Part shown: positions 36,400 through 45,725 of the stretch, one piece after another
Layout: each line of letters starts with the position of its first letter
Numbering within the stretch: the first letter of the stretch is position 1
Source: an uncultured virus (IMG/VR IMGVR_UViG_3300007539_000017)
Taxonomy: Duplodnaviria; Heunggongvirae; Uroviricota; Caudoviricetes
Length of the DNA: 64,000 bases
Reading direction: 5' to 3' (one strand)
IMG/VR virus record: IMGVR_UViG_3300007539_000017
Notes under the pieces: model-generated
Seen by the model: the letters and a program-made list of their open reading frames with translations, nothing else
Told to the model about the DNA's origin: nothing
The model's database searches: none
Program-made: the position numbers and the translations under genes

Positions 36400-36459
36400 T
36401 TGTCTTACCATAATAAACCAAAGAAAGGTCCTAAAAAACCTAAAAAACGTGGTAAGTAA
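36400..36459 (+). CDS. 19-aa Lys-rich peptide (TTG start)
   Basis: MSYHNKPKKGPKKPKKRGK; SD AGGAG. Confidence 0.4.
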   Translation: MSYHNKPKKGPKKPKKRGK

Positions 36460-36473
36460 GTTAGGATAACATT

Positions 36474-36749
36474 ATGTATACAATACCAGAACAAAACATA
36501 TATAAATTACCTGACGGAAAAATCTGGAAAGGTGTTCCTGCAGATTTACCAGTGAGTAATGCTGATTTAATAGCTAAAGCTGGAAAGGAATATCCAACCG
36601 AGTGGTTGAAAGAGCAAGGTGCTTTAGATGCTCCTGTGAAGAAAGAATCTTCCAAGAAAGCAGCTCCAGCAAAAAAGAAAGCTCAAAAACCAGTTGAAGA
36701 TAAATCCGCTAAGGTAGAAGAAGTTAAAGATTTCGACTCAGAAGAATAG
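36474..36749 (+). CDS. Hypothetical head-region protein
   Basis: Position; K/A-rich C-terminus. Confidence 0.65.
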   Translation: MYTIPEQNIYKLPDGKIWKGVPADLPVSNADLIAKAGKEYPTEWLKEQGALDAPVKKESSKKAAPAKKKAQKPVEDKSAKVEEVKDFDSEE

Positions 36750-36758
36750 GAGGTCTAA

Positions 36759-37412
36759 ATGGCTTTCTCAACTGCTGCAGATGTTGAAACATTTGCATTA
36801 ATTGATTTTCATTCTGATTTAGAAACACATTTAACTAATAATATAATACCTTTAATAGATGACGCTATTAGAGAGTATGTTGGCTATGACGTAGATTATG
36901 CTACTCATACAGAAACATTCTCAGGTAATCAAACTAAAGAACTATTTTTAGAACAAAGACCAGTACTTAGTGTTACATCTGTAGTTGAAGACGGAACTAC
37001 TCTTACATACGGAAATCAAGAAGATTATTTATGGTATGAGAATGGACGTATTAGAAGAATAGGTAGTAGATGGTCTTTTGCTTATCCAGATAATATAACA
37101 GTTACTTATACTGCTGGATATAATACAGGTGGAGGACAAGGTAGAACACTACCTAATGCATTTAAATATGTAAGTGCTAGAGCTTCAGCTAGGTTACTAG
37201 AGTCACAATTAGTATTATCAGCACAACAAGAAGCTGGTGAAATAGTAGCACAATCATCTTCCCAAGTTTCAAATTTCACCGCAGCAGACTCAGAATCTCT
37301 AGGAGATTATTCAATAAGTTATGTTGGAAATATAGGTATGAATTCAGTAACTTTATTAGCTGGTGCTGACCTACAAATTTTAGGTAAATATAGAAAAACT
37401 TTCTTTTTATAA
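36759..37412 (+). CDS. Head-tail connector (gp6-like)
   Basis: RPV.SVTSV, ITVTYTAGY, SESLGDYSISY, IL.KYR. Confidence 0.85.
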   Translation: MAFSTAADVETFALIDFHSDLETHLTNNIIPLIDDAIREYVGYDVDYATHTETFSGNQTKELFLEQRPVLSVTSVVEDGTTLTYGNQEDYLWYENGRIRRIGSRWSFAYPDNITVTYTAGYNTGGGQGRTLPNAFKYVSARASARLLESQLVLSAQQEAGEIVAQSSSQVSNFTAADSESLGDYSISYVGNIGMNSVTLLAGADLQILGKYRKTFFL

Positions 37413-37426
37413 GATATAATTAGGCT

Positions 37427-38044
37427 ATGCCTAATAGAAAAGCACCTACATTAGAAGAAGCAAAAGCTTTATTTTTAAAAGAGCCTAATAAAACTTTATC
37501 TCAATTCGCTGATGAATGGGGTATATCTTCAGAAAGAGTACGACAAATACGGCATGAATGTGGACTTGGTGCTGTATTTAGTGTAGATTATGAAATTGTT
37601 GAAAAAGTAGCATATCTTATAGAAAATAACATTTCATCACTAACTAACCTAAAAACATTTGAAGACTTACCTATAGGAAGAGATGCTTTTCACACATGGA
37701 TGAGAGATGATATAGATGTTGCAAAAAGAATACAAGAAGCACAAGCTACTGCAAAAGCTAAAAGACTTGACCCGAATGAAAAAAAATGTTCATTGTGTAA
37801 AGAAATAAAATCTATAGATAATTTTAGTAGGACACAAAAATATCAAGATGGTTATAACAAGTTTTGTATAAATTGTATTGAAAGTATAAAAAATAATAAA
37901 AAAGAAACTCCTAGTAAAAGAACTTGTTTGATGTGCAGAAAAGATTTATCACTAGGAAGTTTTGATTCAAAATCTCATTTTTGTAAAAATTGTAAGTCTA
38001 AAAGTAGAAGAGCTAAAAGAGCATTAAAACTCAAAACACAATAA
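37427..38044 (+). CDS. HTH plus Zn-finger protein
   Basis: TLSQFADEWGISSERVRQI; four CxxC pairs. Confidence 0.75.
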   Translation: MPNRKAPTLEEAKALFLKEPNKTLSQFADEWGISSERVRQIRHECGLGAVFSVDYEIVEKVAYLIENNISSLTNLKTFEDLPIGRDAFHTWMRDDIDVAKRIQEAQATAKAKRLDPNEKKCSLCKEIKSIDNFSRTQKYQDGYNKFCINCIESIKNNKKETPSKRTCLMCRKDLSLGSFDSKSHFCKNCKSKSRRAKRALKLKTQ

Positions 38045-38072
38045 TTTTCGTTTCGCCTGTTAATCTAAAATC

Positions 38073-38423
38073 ATGGCAGGTCAACTACATAAAAGATTAT
38101 TTAGAGACACTATAAACGTTCAAAGAATTTCAGAGACTACTGTTGATGAACGTGGAATAGAAAGTCAGTCATGGCAATCTCATTTAAATGGGGTTACTTG
38201 TAAAATAGATTCAGCTGGTACAACAGAAGCCAAAGGAGACAGAAATACAGTACTTGAAAATTTTACAATTTACTTTCATGGAAATGTAGACGTAAAAGCA
38301 AATGATAGATTTCAGAGCTCTTCTGATTCAAATATTTATTATGAGATTGATTCTATAAGAAAATCTAAAAACAGGTCAGGAAATATAATTGGTGTAGTAG
38401 CTTCAGCACACTTATTTGACTAA
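38073..38423 (+). CDS. Head closure / head-tail adaptor
   Basis: DERG....W, DV...DR, YEI; synteny. Confidence 0.75.
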   Translation: MAGQLHKRLFRDTINVQRISETTVDERGIESQSWQSHLNGVTCKIDSAGTTEAKGDRNTVLENFTIYFHGNVDVKANDRFQSSSDSNIYYEIDSIRKSKNRSGNIIGVVASAHLFD

Positions 38424-41400
38424 TGGCTATTCCAAGACCTGCGTTATTTGCAGGACCTGGAAGAGTAGGTTTATTTAAATCTCTTAAAAATCTTAGAGGT
38501 TCCGAATTAAGATACGCAATAGGTTACAACATGTCTACGTTGCGTATGCTTGGTGTTCCATTGGCTGGTTTGGTTTCTTTACCTTATGATATACAACAAA
38601 CAATGAACACATTTAAAAGGTTTAGTAAAACTGCAACAACTGGTTCATTAATGCCATCAGCTCAACGTATTGGTGTTTTATCTTATGCTAAAAATATTGT
38701 TCCAAAAGCAAGAGGAGCACTACCTAAAACAAATATAGGAGCTATTGATAGATATACAAGTTTATATTTTGGTAGACAATCCAGACAAGTTATAAAACAA
38801 ATTAACAGAGGTGCAGGTAAGAAAGCTGCACTTAAAGCATTTTTTAATCCAGAAGTCGTTGATAGAGAAACACAAAAGCAAGCTAGAAGACCAACTCAAC
38901 AGAACATGTTACACAACTGGCAAATGGCTACTTATATGAGAGCTATTACTGGAGCTCCTGACCCAATAAGAAATAATGCATTTATGCAAGCTAAACAATA
39001 CATGGCAAGAAGTAAAAATTCTAGACAAATTACTCCATTTACTTTAAATGCAAGACAAGGAATTGTAGATTCAAAAAATGAACACATAATGATGGCTAAT
39101 GAAAGATTTGAACAAATAATGGGTGGGTTAGAAGTAGGAGCATTTACTAATCCTGAAGCACATATAAAAAGTGTAATGGATAACCAAATGATGAACTACA
39201 TGTTAGAAACAATAGATAAAGACTCTGCTCATTTAAGAACTAATCTTTCTAAACAAGCTAGAGCAGCTCATAAGGCAAGAAGAACTAATACAGTACAGGC
39301 ATATTATGCACAGTCTGGTATAGACAGAGCTGATGGAGTTGGAAATAGATATAATTTGAGCCAAGATAGTTACAGAATTAATGAAATAAGAAATCCTTAT
39401 AATGGTATGCTAGCTGGTTATTCTACAGATGACCTTGAGACTTTTGCAAATAAAAATATACACACTGGGTTAAAAGAAGCTATCAATACTGAGCCTAGGC
39501 TTAAGCAAGCAATGCAAGGAGGTATGAATGACCCTACTTTTGCAGGATTGGTAAACAATTTAGCAGTAGAACTTGGATTTAGCTCTCAAACAGTAGGTAA
39601 TAATACACCAGGTGCAACTATTGACCAACTACTTATGTCTCTAAGTAATCTTGGTATTACTATGAGTTTAGACACAACAGATTTTGCAAAAGCTGCAAGA
39701 AATGCAACTTTAAACTTTAACACTCAAGTAAAAAGTATTGTCAATTTTACAAGAGAAGTAAATAAATTAGGAATGACAAGTTTGTCAGATGCATTAACAA
39801 AAATGATAGTTTCTCAAGAAGGATTAAAAGAATTAGGACAAACAGGAGCTTTAGAAGCTTTAGAGTTTTCACTTACTGCTGGTAATTTAGATTCAGATTT
39901 AAGGTCTGTAACTGGTGGTTTAGGTGAAGCATTTTTCCAAAACAAAAATTTAATAGAAGGAGATTTAATAAAGGTAAGACAAGCTGCGAATAATGAGCTT
40001 GTAGAACATTTGAGAGGTGGTGGAGGTATGGTAAATACTAAAACTGGAACAAAGTTAGGAAACTATTTTTATAGTCCTCACATGAAATCAGGAGGTATGG
40101 GAGTAGTAGAATCAGCATTACATTTTTATTACGATGACGAAAGAGATATTAATAAACAAAGATATTATAGAAGTTACCAATCTTTGCGATATGCGGAAAA
40201 TAAAAGAAGAGCTCTTACAGCTGCTAAAAAAGGTAACAGTACTGTTATTAATGGAGAAAGATATATAACTCAAGGTGGTAAAGCTTACAAAATTCAAAAT
40301 ATTAAAGAACATATAAAAATTGATGCAGGTGATGGAACTATAAGAAGTATAAACTTAATAGATGGCAGTTTACAAAGTGCTATTAAAAGAAAAGTAGAAA
40401 ATTTAAGAAAAATTATTAACGACCCTAGAGTAGAAGCTTCTTACGGTAGGGGAATACAATCTTTAAAATATGAGTTAGCAATGTTAACCCATATAGAATC
40501 TGAACTTGTCAAAGGTGCTATGTCTATGAAGTTTAATGGAATGGGTAATAATAAAAAAACCGTTAACATTCAAAAAATTAATGCTCACTCAAAAATGATT
40601 GAAGCTGAAGGATTAAAAATGAAAGTAGGTACTAGTAAACATGGTGATATAACAGGAAATTTTAGTGCTCATAGAGTTCTACAGTCTAGACCAGATAAAG
40701 GACATGAATTTGCTACTGCCTTAATGGAAGGTTCACAAATACCAAACGAACTTACAGGTTGGAATAGGTCAGGCAATGCATTTCAAGGTGGAGTTACTGT
40801 TAGTAACGAAGCCCAAAGAAGAAGTGAAAACAGAAGAACAAGAAAACCTGGTGAAGACAATTTCATACCTAATAAATTAGATATTGCTAAATCTATACAT
40901 ATTATTCCTTTAAACAGCAAGGAAGCTAGAAAAGGTCCAGGTATGCTTGCAGCAGCAGTTGTAGCTGGTACTTCTGATGCTAAAAGAAATGTAAAAGCAG
41001 ATGCTGTTAGAGATATAGTGGCGCTTGAATATGGTGGACCAGCTACAGATTCTAGTGGTGGATATTCTAGAAGAACAGATGGCATGTTTTATTTACCTTC
41101 TTATTTCTTTACAAGAGCTGCTATAGAGTCAGCTGCTTATTTAGGTTTAGACCCTGGAAATGTAGTAAAAAATAATGAAAAATCATTAGGTAGAAGTATG
41201 ACAATGTATCTTAAAGATACTGACCCAAATCGTAAAAGAGCAAGAATGGATGCTCGTCAAACTGATAGAGGATTAAAAGAGATTAGAAAAGGACAAAAGA
41301 ATTTAAGACGTGCTCAAAATGCTTTTATTGCTGCTCAAAGAAAATTTGCTAGACGTTCTCAAGATGAAGTTATGAGAGCTATGAATAGAAGAAGTATGAA

Positions 41401-43435
41401 AGCATTTCAAACAATGGAAGGAAAGGCTGATGGTATGGTTGGTAATGATAGGTTTATTGACCCTAATTCTTTACTGATGGAATCTCAGGATAGATTTTTA
41501 GCTGAAGGTTTAGCAGGAATGGGTGCTAGAGAATTTAATATGACCTCTTTAGGTATAGTTAAAAGACAAATAGGACAAGCTGGCATAGGTGGTGGATTTG
41601 TTATGAGTAAATCTACTGGGAAAATGACAGAAATTACTCCTGCTCAACATACAAGCGTATATGAAGTAGAAGGTCAAAGTATAGTTGGAAGACTTCCTTA
41701 TATGCCAGTGTTTGATGCACAGATATATAAAAGATTATTAAGAACAAATAGTGATGAAGCTAGAAGATATTTAAGTAATACTAGAACTAGAATTGGTAAA
41801 TTTCAACCTGAATATACACAAGCAGTAGGAGATTTATTAAATAACTCTAAATTTATGATGCAAGGTTTGTTAGGAGTTAATCAGTTTCAAACATTAAAAA
41901 ATATGATTGGAACTAGAGCCTCTGAAGTTAGAAAAGGATTGGCTAATGCAATTGGTTTGAATAGGATAGAAATACCTAATTACCAAACAATGATAGGTTT
42001 ACCACAAGGACCTAATTCAGAAATTGGAATGATTAGAGAAGCACTTTCTGGCGGTAGAGCTAAAAGTAATTTAACAACTTTATATTTATCAGAAATGGAA
42101 AAAGCTTTAAAAGATGTTATGAAAATGTTACCAGAAAGTGAAAGAGCTATAATTCAGCAAAAGGTTAGATATATTGCTGCAAGTACTGCAAGTAAAGTAG
42201 GTAATGCAATACAAACCGTTTGGTCAAGATTATCTGCTGGAGGTTCTTTTGATACTCCAGGAAATATGATGAATGCATTAGAAAGAACTTCAATTCTTTT
42301 AGAGCAAGGGTTTGCAGCTACTACTGATACTACAGGTTTATTAAAAGCAGCATTCGACATGGCAAGAACCCATCAAGATAAATTAAAAGTAGCACAAAGT
42401 TTATTAGATGTTAATAAATCAAGATTTATTATTAATAATATGAATACAAATAGAATTATTGAAAAAGTAATAGATTCAGATGTAGTTATACAAATTGGTG
42501 AAGAAGGATTACAAGATGTTATTCAACAAGCTATTGAAGAAGACGATAGAATTGCACAACGTGAATTAGATGATGATTTTGTTGGTAACACTGTAAATAA
42601 GGTAAATTACAAATCTGACAATATTAAAGTAGAAAAAGGTGTAGTGAGTATAACTTCTGGTGCAGACATGGACGAAGTTATAAAAGAAATGAAAGAAATT
42701 ATTTTTGAAGATGATGCTGCATATCAAGGAACACAAGAAATAGCTAGACAACTATCTTACAAGTTTAGTTTTAGTACCAGAGAAGGTATCTATGCTGAAA
42801 AACTTATGGCGTATTATGAAAGAAAAGGAAAAACACCACATCTTGACAATATTGGCTCTATTGATGGTAGAAGTAGAGATGGTTCTGGTGTCCACGTACA
42901 CGATGCTAGAAAAGTTTCTCCTAGTGAAAAATTTAAAAACAAACAAGGTAAGCTACCTGAAGATGTTGTTAATTTTTCATCATTTACAAACAATGCAATA
43001 TCAGAAATATTAACTCCTGAAAATTTAGCTAAAGATTTTTTTGATAAAGACTTACATTTATTTGTGGACCCTGAAGACTCTTTGTACGATAACTTTAAAC
43101 AAACAAGATTAAGAACTGGTCATACTGGTCTTGGTGCAATTGAATATTCTAAATTTGAAGGTGTAATAGGTGCATATTTCCAAAAAGTTGGATATGAAGA
43201 TGCTAAAAGATTTATATTATCTTTAGTAAATGAAGCAAGAAAAGGTAAAGGTGGTTCAGTTCAACAAAACAAAAAAGTATTTATTGAAAAGTTTCTTACT
43301 CATCCTGGAGTTGGATTACATTTACTTGAAGCAGAGCTTAATGGTAGAAAAGGTTTAGATACTTCAAATAACTCAATTCGAGATATATTTTACTATTATA
43401 AAAATAAAGCAAATAGACAACTACGGAGCTATTAA
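38423..43435 (+). CDS. 1670-aa protein at the HK97 gp10-like position
   Basis: Lies between head closure and tail terminator; internal ALEYGG...LPSYFFTRAA resembles the gp10 motif. Confidence 0.55.
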   Translation: MAIPRPALFAGPGRVGLFKSLKNLRGSELRYAIGYNMSTLRMLGVPLAGLVSLPYDIQQTMNTFKRFSKTATTGSLMPSAQRIGVLSYAKNIVPKARGALPKTNIGAIDRYTSLYFGRQSRQVIKQINRGAGKKAALKAFFNPEVVDRETQKQARRPTQQNMLHNWQMATYMRAITGAPDPIRNNAFMQAKQYMARSKNSRQITPFTLNARQGIVDSKNEHIMMANERFEQIMGGLEVGAFTNPEAHIKSVMDNQMMNYMLETIDKDSAHLRTNLSKQARAAHKARRTNTVQAYYAQSGIDRADGVGNRYNLSQDSYRINEIRNPYNGMLAGYSTDDLETFANKNIHTGLKEAINTEPRLKQAMQGGMNDPTFAGLVNNLAVELGFSSQTVGNNTPGATIDQLLMSLSNLGITMSLDTTDFAKAARNATLNFNTQVKSIVNFTREVNKLGMTSLSDALTKMIVSQEGLKELGQTGALEALEFSLTAGNLDSDLRSVTGGLGEAFFQNKNLIEGDLIKVRQAANNELVEHLRGGGGMVNTKTGTKLGNYFYSPHMKSGGMGVVESALHFYYDDERDINKQRYYRSYQSLRYAENKRRALTAAKKGNSTVINGERYITQGGKAYKIQNIKEHIKIDAGDGTIRSINLIDGSLQSAIKRKVENLRKIINDPRVEASYGRGIQSLKYELAMLTHIESELVKGAMSMKFNGMGNNKKTVNIQKINAHSKMIEAEGLKMKVGTSKHGDITGNFSAHRVLQSRPDKGHEFATALMEGSQIPNELTGWNRSGNAFQGGVTVSNEAQRRSENRRTRKPGEDNFIPNKLDIAKSIHIIPLNSKEARKGPGMLAAAVVAGTSDAKRNVKADAVRDIVALEYGGPATDSSGGYSRRTDGMFYLPSYFFTRAAIESAAYLGLDPGNVVKNNEKSLGRSMTMYLKDTDPNRKRARMDARQTDRGLKEIRKGQKNLRRAQNAFIAAQRKFARRSQDEVMRAMNRRSMKAFQTMEGKADGMVGNDRFIDPNSLLMESQDRFLAEGLAGMGAREFNMTSLGIVKRQIGQAGIGGGFVMSKSTGKMTEITPAQHTSVYEVEGQSIVGRLPYMPVFDAQIYKRLLRTNSDEARRYLSNTRTRIGKFQPEYTQAVGDLLNNSKFMMQGLLGVNQFQTLKNMIGTRASEVRKGLANAIGLNRIEIPNYQTMIGLPQGPNSEIGMIREALSGGRAKSNLTTLYLSEMEKALKDVMKMLPESERAIIQQKVRYIAASTASKVGNAIQTVWSRLSAGGSFDTPGNMMNALERTSILLEQGFAATTDTTGLLKAAFDMARTHQDKLKVAQSLLDVNKSRFIINNMNTNRIIEKVIDSDVVIQIGEEGLQDVIQQAIEEDDRIAQRELDDDFVGNTVNKVNYKSDNIKVEKGVVSITSGADMDEVIKEMKEIIFEDDAAYQGTQEIARQLSYKFSFSTREGIYAEKLMAYYERKGKTPHLDNIGSIDGRSRDGSGVHVHDARKVSPSEKFKNKQGKLPEDVVNFSSFTNNAISEILTPENLAKDFFDKDLHLFVDPEDSLYDNFKQTRLRTGHTGLGAIEYSKFEGVIGAYFQKVGYEDAKRFILSLVNEARKGKGGSVQQNKKVFIEKFLTHPGVGLHLLEAELNGRKGLDTSNNSIRDIFYYYKNKANRQLRSY

Positions 43436-43905
43436 TGCCTACAACTAACCAACCAGTACCACCAGACGCTGAAATTATTTTCAGACAGTTTTTGCTTAAT
43501 AAAACAAGCATAACTGATTTAGTTGGAACAAGAATAGCTACAAGATTACCAAGAGATGCTGAAATGCCTTTTATAACTTTTCAAAGAGCTGGTGGTAGTT
43601 TAGTAAGACCAACATCACAAGTACATATACAATCAGCAATTATACCTGTTCAATGTTTTGCAGGACAGTGGGGTGGAGATGGAAATACATCAGCTCCTGA
43701 TTATGGAAAAGCTATGGAAGTTGCTAACGCTATAGTACAAGAATGTTTCAATATGGAAAATGAATATATCACAACAGACACTACATCAACTAGAGCAAAA
43801 ATCATTGGTATAGATATTCCTCAAATGCCTACAAGAGTAAATGAAAATCAAACTGGTTTGGGTAGATACGATGTAGGTATTGCAATGATGTATCGAGCTG
43901 TATAA
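43435..43905 (+). CDS. Tail terminator protein
   Basis: P.DAE, LVGTRI...LP....PFITF.R.GG; synteny. Confidence 0.75.
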   Translation: MPTTNQPVPPDAEIIFRQFLLNKTSITDLVGTRIATRLPRDAEMPFITFQRAGGSLVRPTSQVHIQSAIIPVQCFAGQWGGDGNTSAPDYGKAMEVANAIVQECFNMENEYITTDTTSTRAKIIGIDIPQMPTRVNENQTGLGRYDVGIAMMYRAV

Positions 43906-43948
43906 ACTTTTTTTAAATACCACTACTTTTATAAACATCCTATAACAT

Positions 43949-44296
43949 TTGAGTATTATGTTTAACAATAATAAAGATAAACAAAAAGATTCGAAAGTAA
44001 AGATTAAGGTTAGTCCTTTGTTCACAAAGGCAGATACTGTCCGTGATACAGTGACTGGCATGACCTTTACTTCGAAAGAATGGGTCGAGGTTGAGGCGAA
44101 AGACGCTGAACGCCTACTTAATAACAACATGGATATATTCATTGTTGATATTGAGGAAGACGAAGCAGTACTTGATGAAGCTGATTCTACTGTGGAAGAC
44201 GATGAAGCAGTAGAAGATAATGAGGATACGATTGAAGAGTCTCACGAAGATGAGGCTATCTTCGAAGATAGTATCGGATTAGACGAGCAGGAGTAG
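43949..44296 (+). CDS. Acidic hypothetical protein
   Basis: ORF before the major tail gene; start may be the ATG at 43958. Confidence 0.65.
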   Translation: MSIMFNNNKDKQKDSKVKIKVSPLFTKADTVRDTVTGMTFTSKEWVEVEAKDAERLLNNNMDIFIVDIEEDEAVLDEADSTVEDDEAVEDNEDTIEESHEDEAIFEDSIGLDEQE

Positions 44297-44300
44297 ATAA

Positions 44301-44960
44301 ATGGCTACATATACAAGTGGTGCAATTAATGAGGTATTAGTTGGTACTGGTGTTCTTTATGTTGCAGATAGAGCTGCTTCAGGATTAGCTTATCCAGGTG
44401 ATGATGGTTCAAGCGCTTTTGAAAGCGTTTCAACAGCATCAGCATCTTGGAGAGACATTGGATATTCTGAAGATGGTTGGACTCTCGAAATGGATAGAAC
44501 TTTCGAGGACATTCTAGTTGCAGAAGAAATAGACCCAATTAAAACCATTAAAACTGCTCAGGAAGCAAGACTAATGGGTGAACTTTCACAAGCTTCACTT
44601 AAAAACCTTTCAGTAGCAATGGGACAAACTGACAGTTATGTCAGTGAAGACGATTCAGACTACGCAGCAGGATATGATGTTGTCAAAGCACCTATTACTG
44701 ACTCTTTCAGCGAATTAGCAGCATTGCTAATTGCAGAAGGACCAGCAGGTGCAGACAGACATGTTCAAATGCCTAGAGTAGTATCAGTCGGTGCATTCTC
44801 AATGTCACACGCAAAGGCTCCACAAAAAGTGGTAATTGCAACTGAGTTTAAGTTGTTAGTTCCTGATTCAACATTTAACGTTGGAAGCACAGGTGGTAAA
44901 TATCACCTTTTCAAGATTGTTGATAACACTAACGACACAACAACATTTGATGTCAACTAA
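44301..44960 (+). CDS. Major tail protein
   Basis: VLVGTG.LYVA, W.D.GYSEDG.T; synteny. Confidence 0.85.
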   Translation: MATYTSGAINEVLVGTGVLYVADRAASGLAYPGDDGSSAFESVSTASASWRDIGYSEDGWTLEMDRTFEDILVAEEIDPIKTIKTAQEARLMGELSQASLKNLSVAMGQTDSYVSEDDSDYAAGYDVVKAPITDSFSELAALLIAEGPAGADRHVQMPRVVSVGAFSMSHAKAPQKVVIATEFKLLVPDSTFNVGSTGGKYHLFKIVDNTNDTTTFDVN

Positions 44961-45001
44961 TAGTTGATATAGTATTAATTTACAATAGGAGATAGGTCGG
45001 T

Positions 45002-45361
45002 ATGGTCGACAAAAAATATAAAGACTTTGATGCTGCAATAACAGAAGCAGATAAAAAGCCAATTAAATTCAAAATGGCGGGTTCAGAATATGAACTTCCT
45101 TCACAACTACCAGCTAGAGTAGTTCTAACTCAAATGAGATTTATGGACGAATCTGGTGGTATGGCTACAAACTCATTACCAGAATGGTTAGAGTCATTAG
45201 TAGGTAAAGAAAATCTACAAAATATGTTAGACGATGGTGCTACATGGAATCAATTAGATGAATTACTTCAATGGCTTCTTAACGAATATGGTATTGGTGG
45301 CGATGATGATGAAGTTGAAATGGAAGTAGCTGAAGAAGGTTCAGACGACCCAAAAGAATAA
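45002..45361 (+). CDS. Tail assembly chaperone (G)
   Basis: Position before the tape measure gene; ends in a slippery site. Confidence 0.85.
   Translation: MVDKKYKDFDAAITEADKKPIKFKMAGSEYELPSQLPARVVLTQMRFMDESGGMATNSLPEWLESLVGKENLQNMLDDGATWNQLDELLQWLLNEYGIGGDDDEVEMEVAEEGSDDPKE
45349..45355 (+). other. Programmed -1 frameshift site
   Basis: C CCA AAA (X XXY YYZ) in the G frame; the -1 frame is open into 45373-45717. Confidence 0.8.
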
Positions 45362-45372
45362 ACTTCTCACTC

Positions 45373-45717
45373 ATGGATGTAATCTATGAGTGGAACAAAC
45401 TAGAAGCTGATTTTTTACGATGGTATAAAATCGAAAGTCCCTTAGATATAACTTGGCGTAGGTTCTTATTACTCATGGCAGGATTACCTATGGATAAATC
45501 TCTATTTTTTGCTAAACACTACGAACAAGCAATGAGAGATAAAGGTTTGATTGATGATGACGATGATTACAATCCATCATCAGGTCGTTCAAATTATAAA
45601 GCTGAATTAGATGCGAAAGCAAACAGAAGAGGAAGGCCTCGTAGTAGAATGAGTCTAGACCAATTCATTGCTCAGTCGGATGGTCTCGGTGCTAGAACAA
45701 ATTTAAACGATTTATAG
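45373..45717 (+). CDS. Tail assembly chaperone frameshifted part (T)
   Basis: W..LEADF.R.Y.I...ITWRRF..L..GLP..S. Confidence 0.8.
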   Translation: MDVIYEWNKLEADFLRWYKIESPLDITWRRFLLLMAGLPMDKSLFFAKHYEQAMRDKGLIDDDDDYNPSSGRSNYKAELDAKANRRGRPRSRMSLDQFIAQSDGLGARTNLNDL

Positions 45718-45725
45718 GTAATTAA

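Noticed and set aside
38423..43435. Virion RNA polymerase
   Set aside because: No DxDGD or other polymerase motif was seen.
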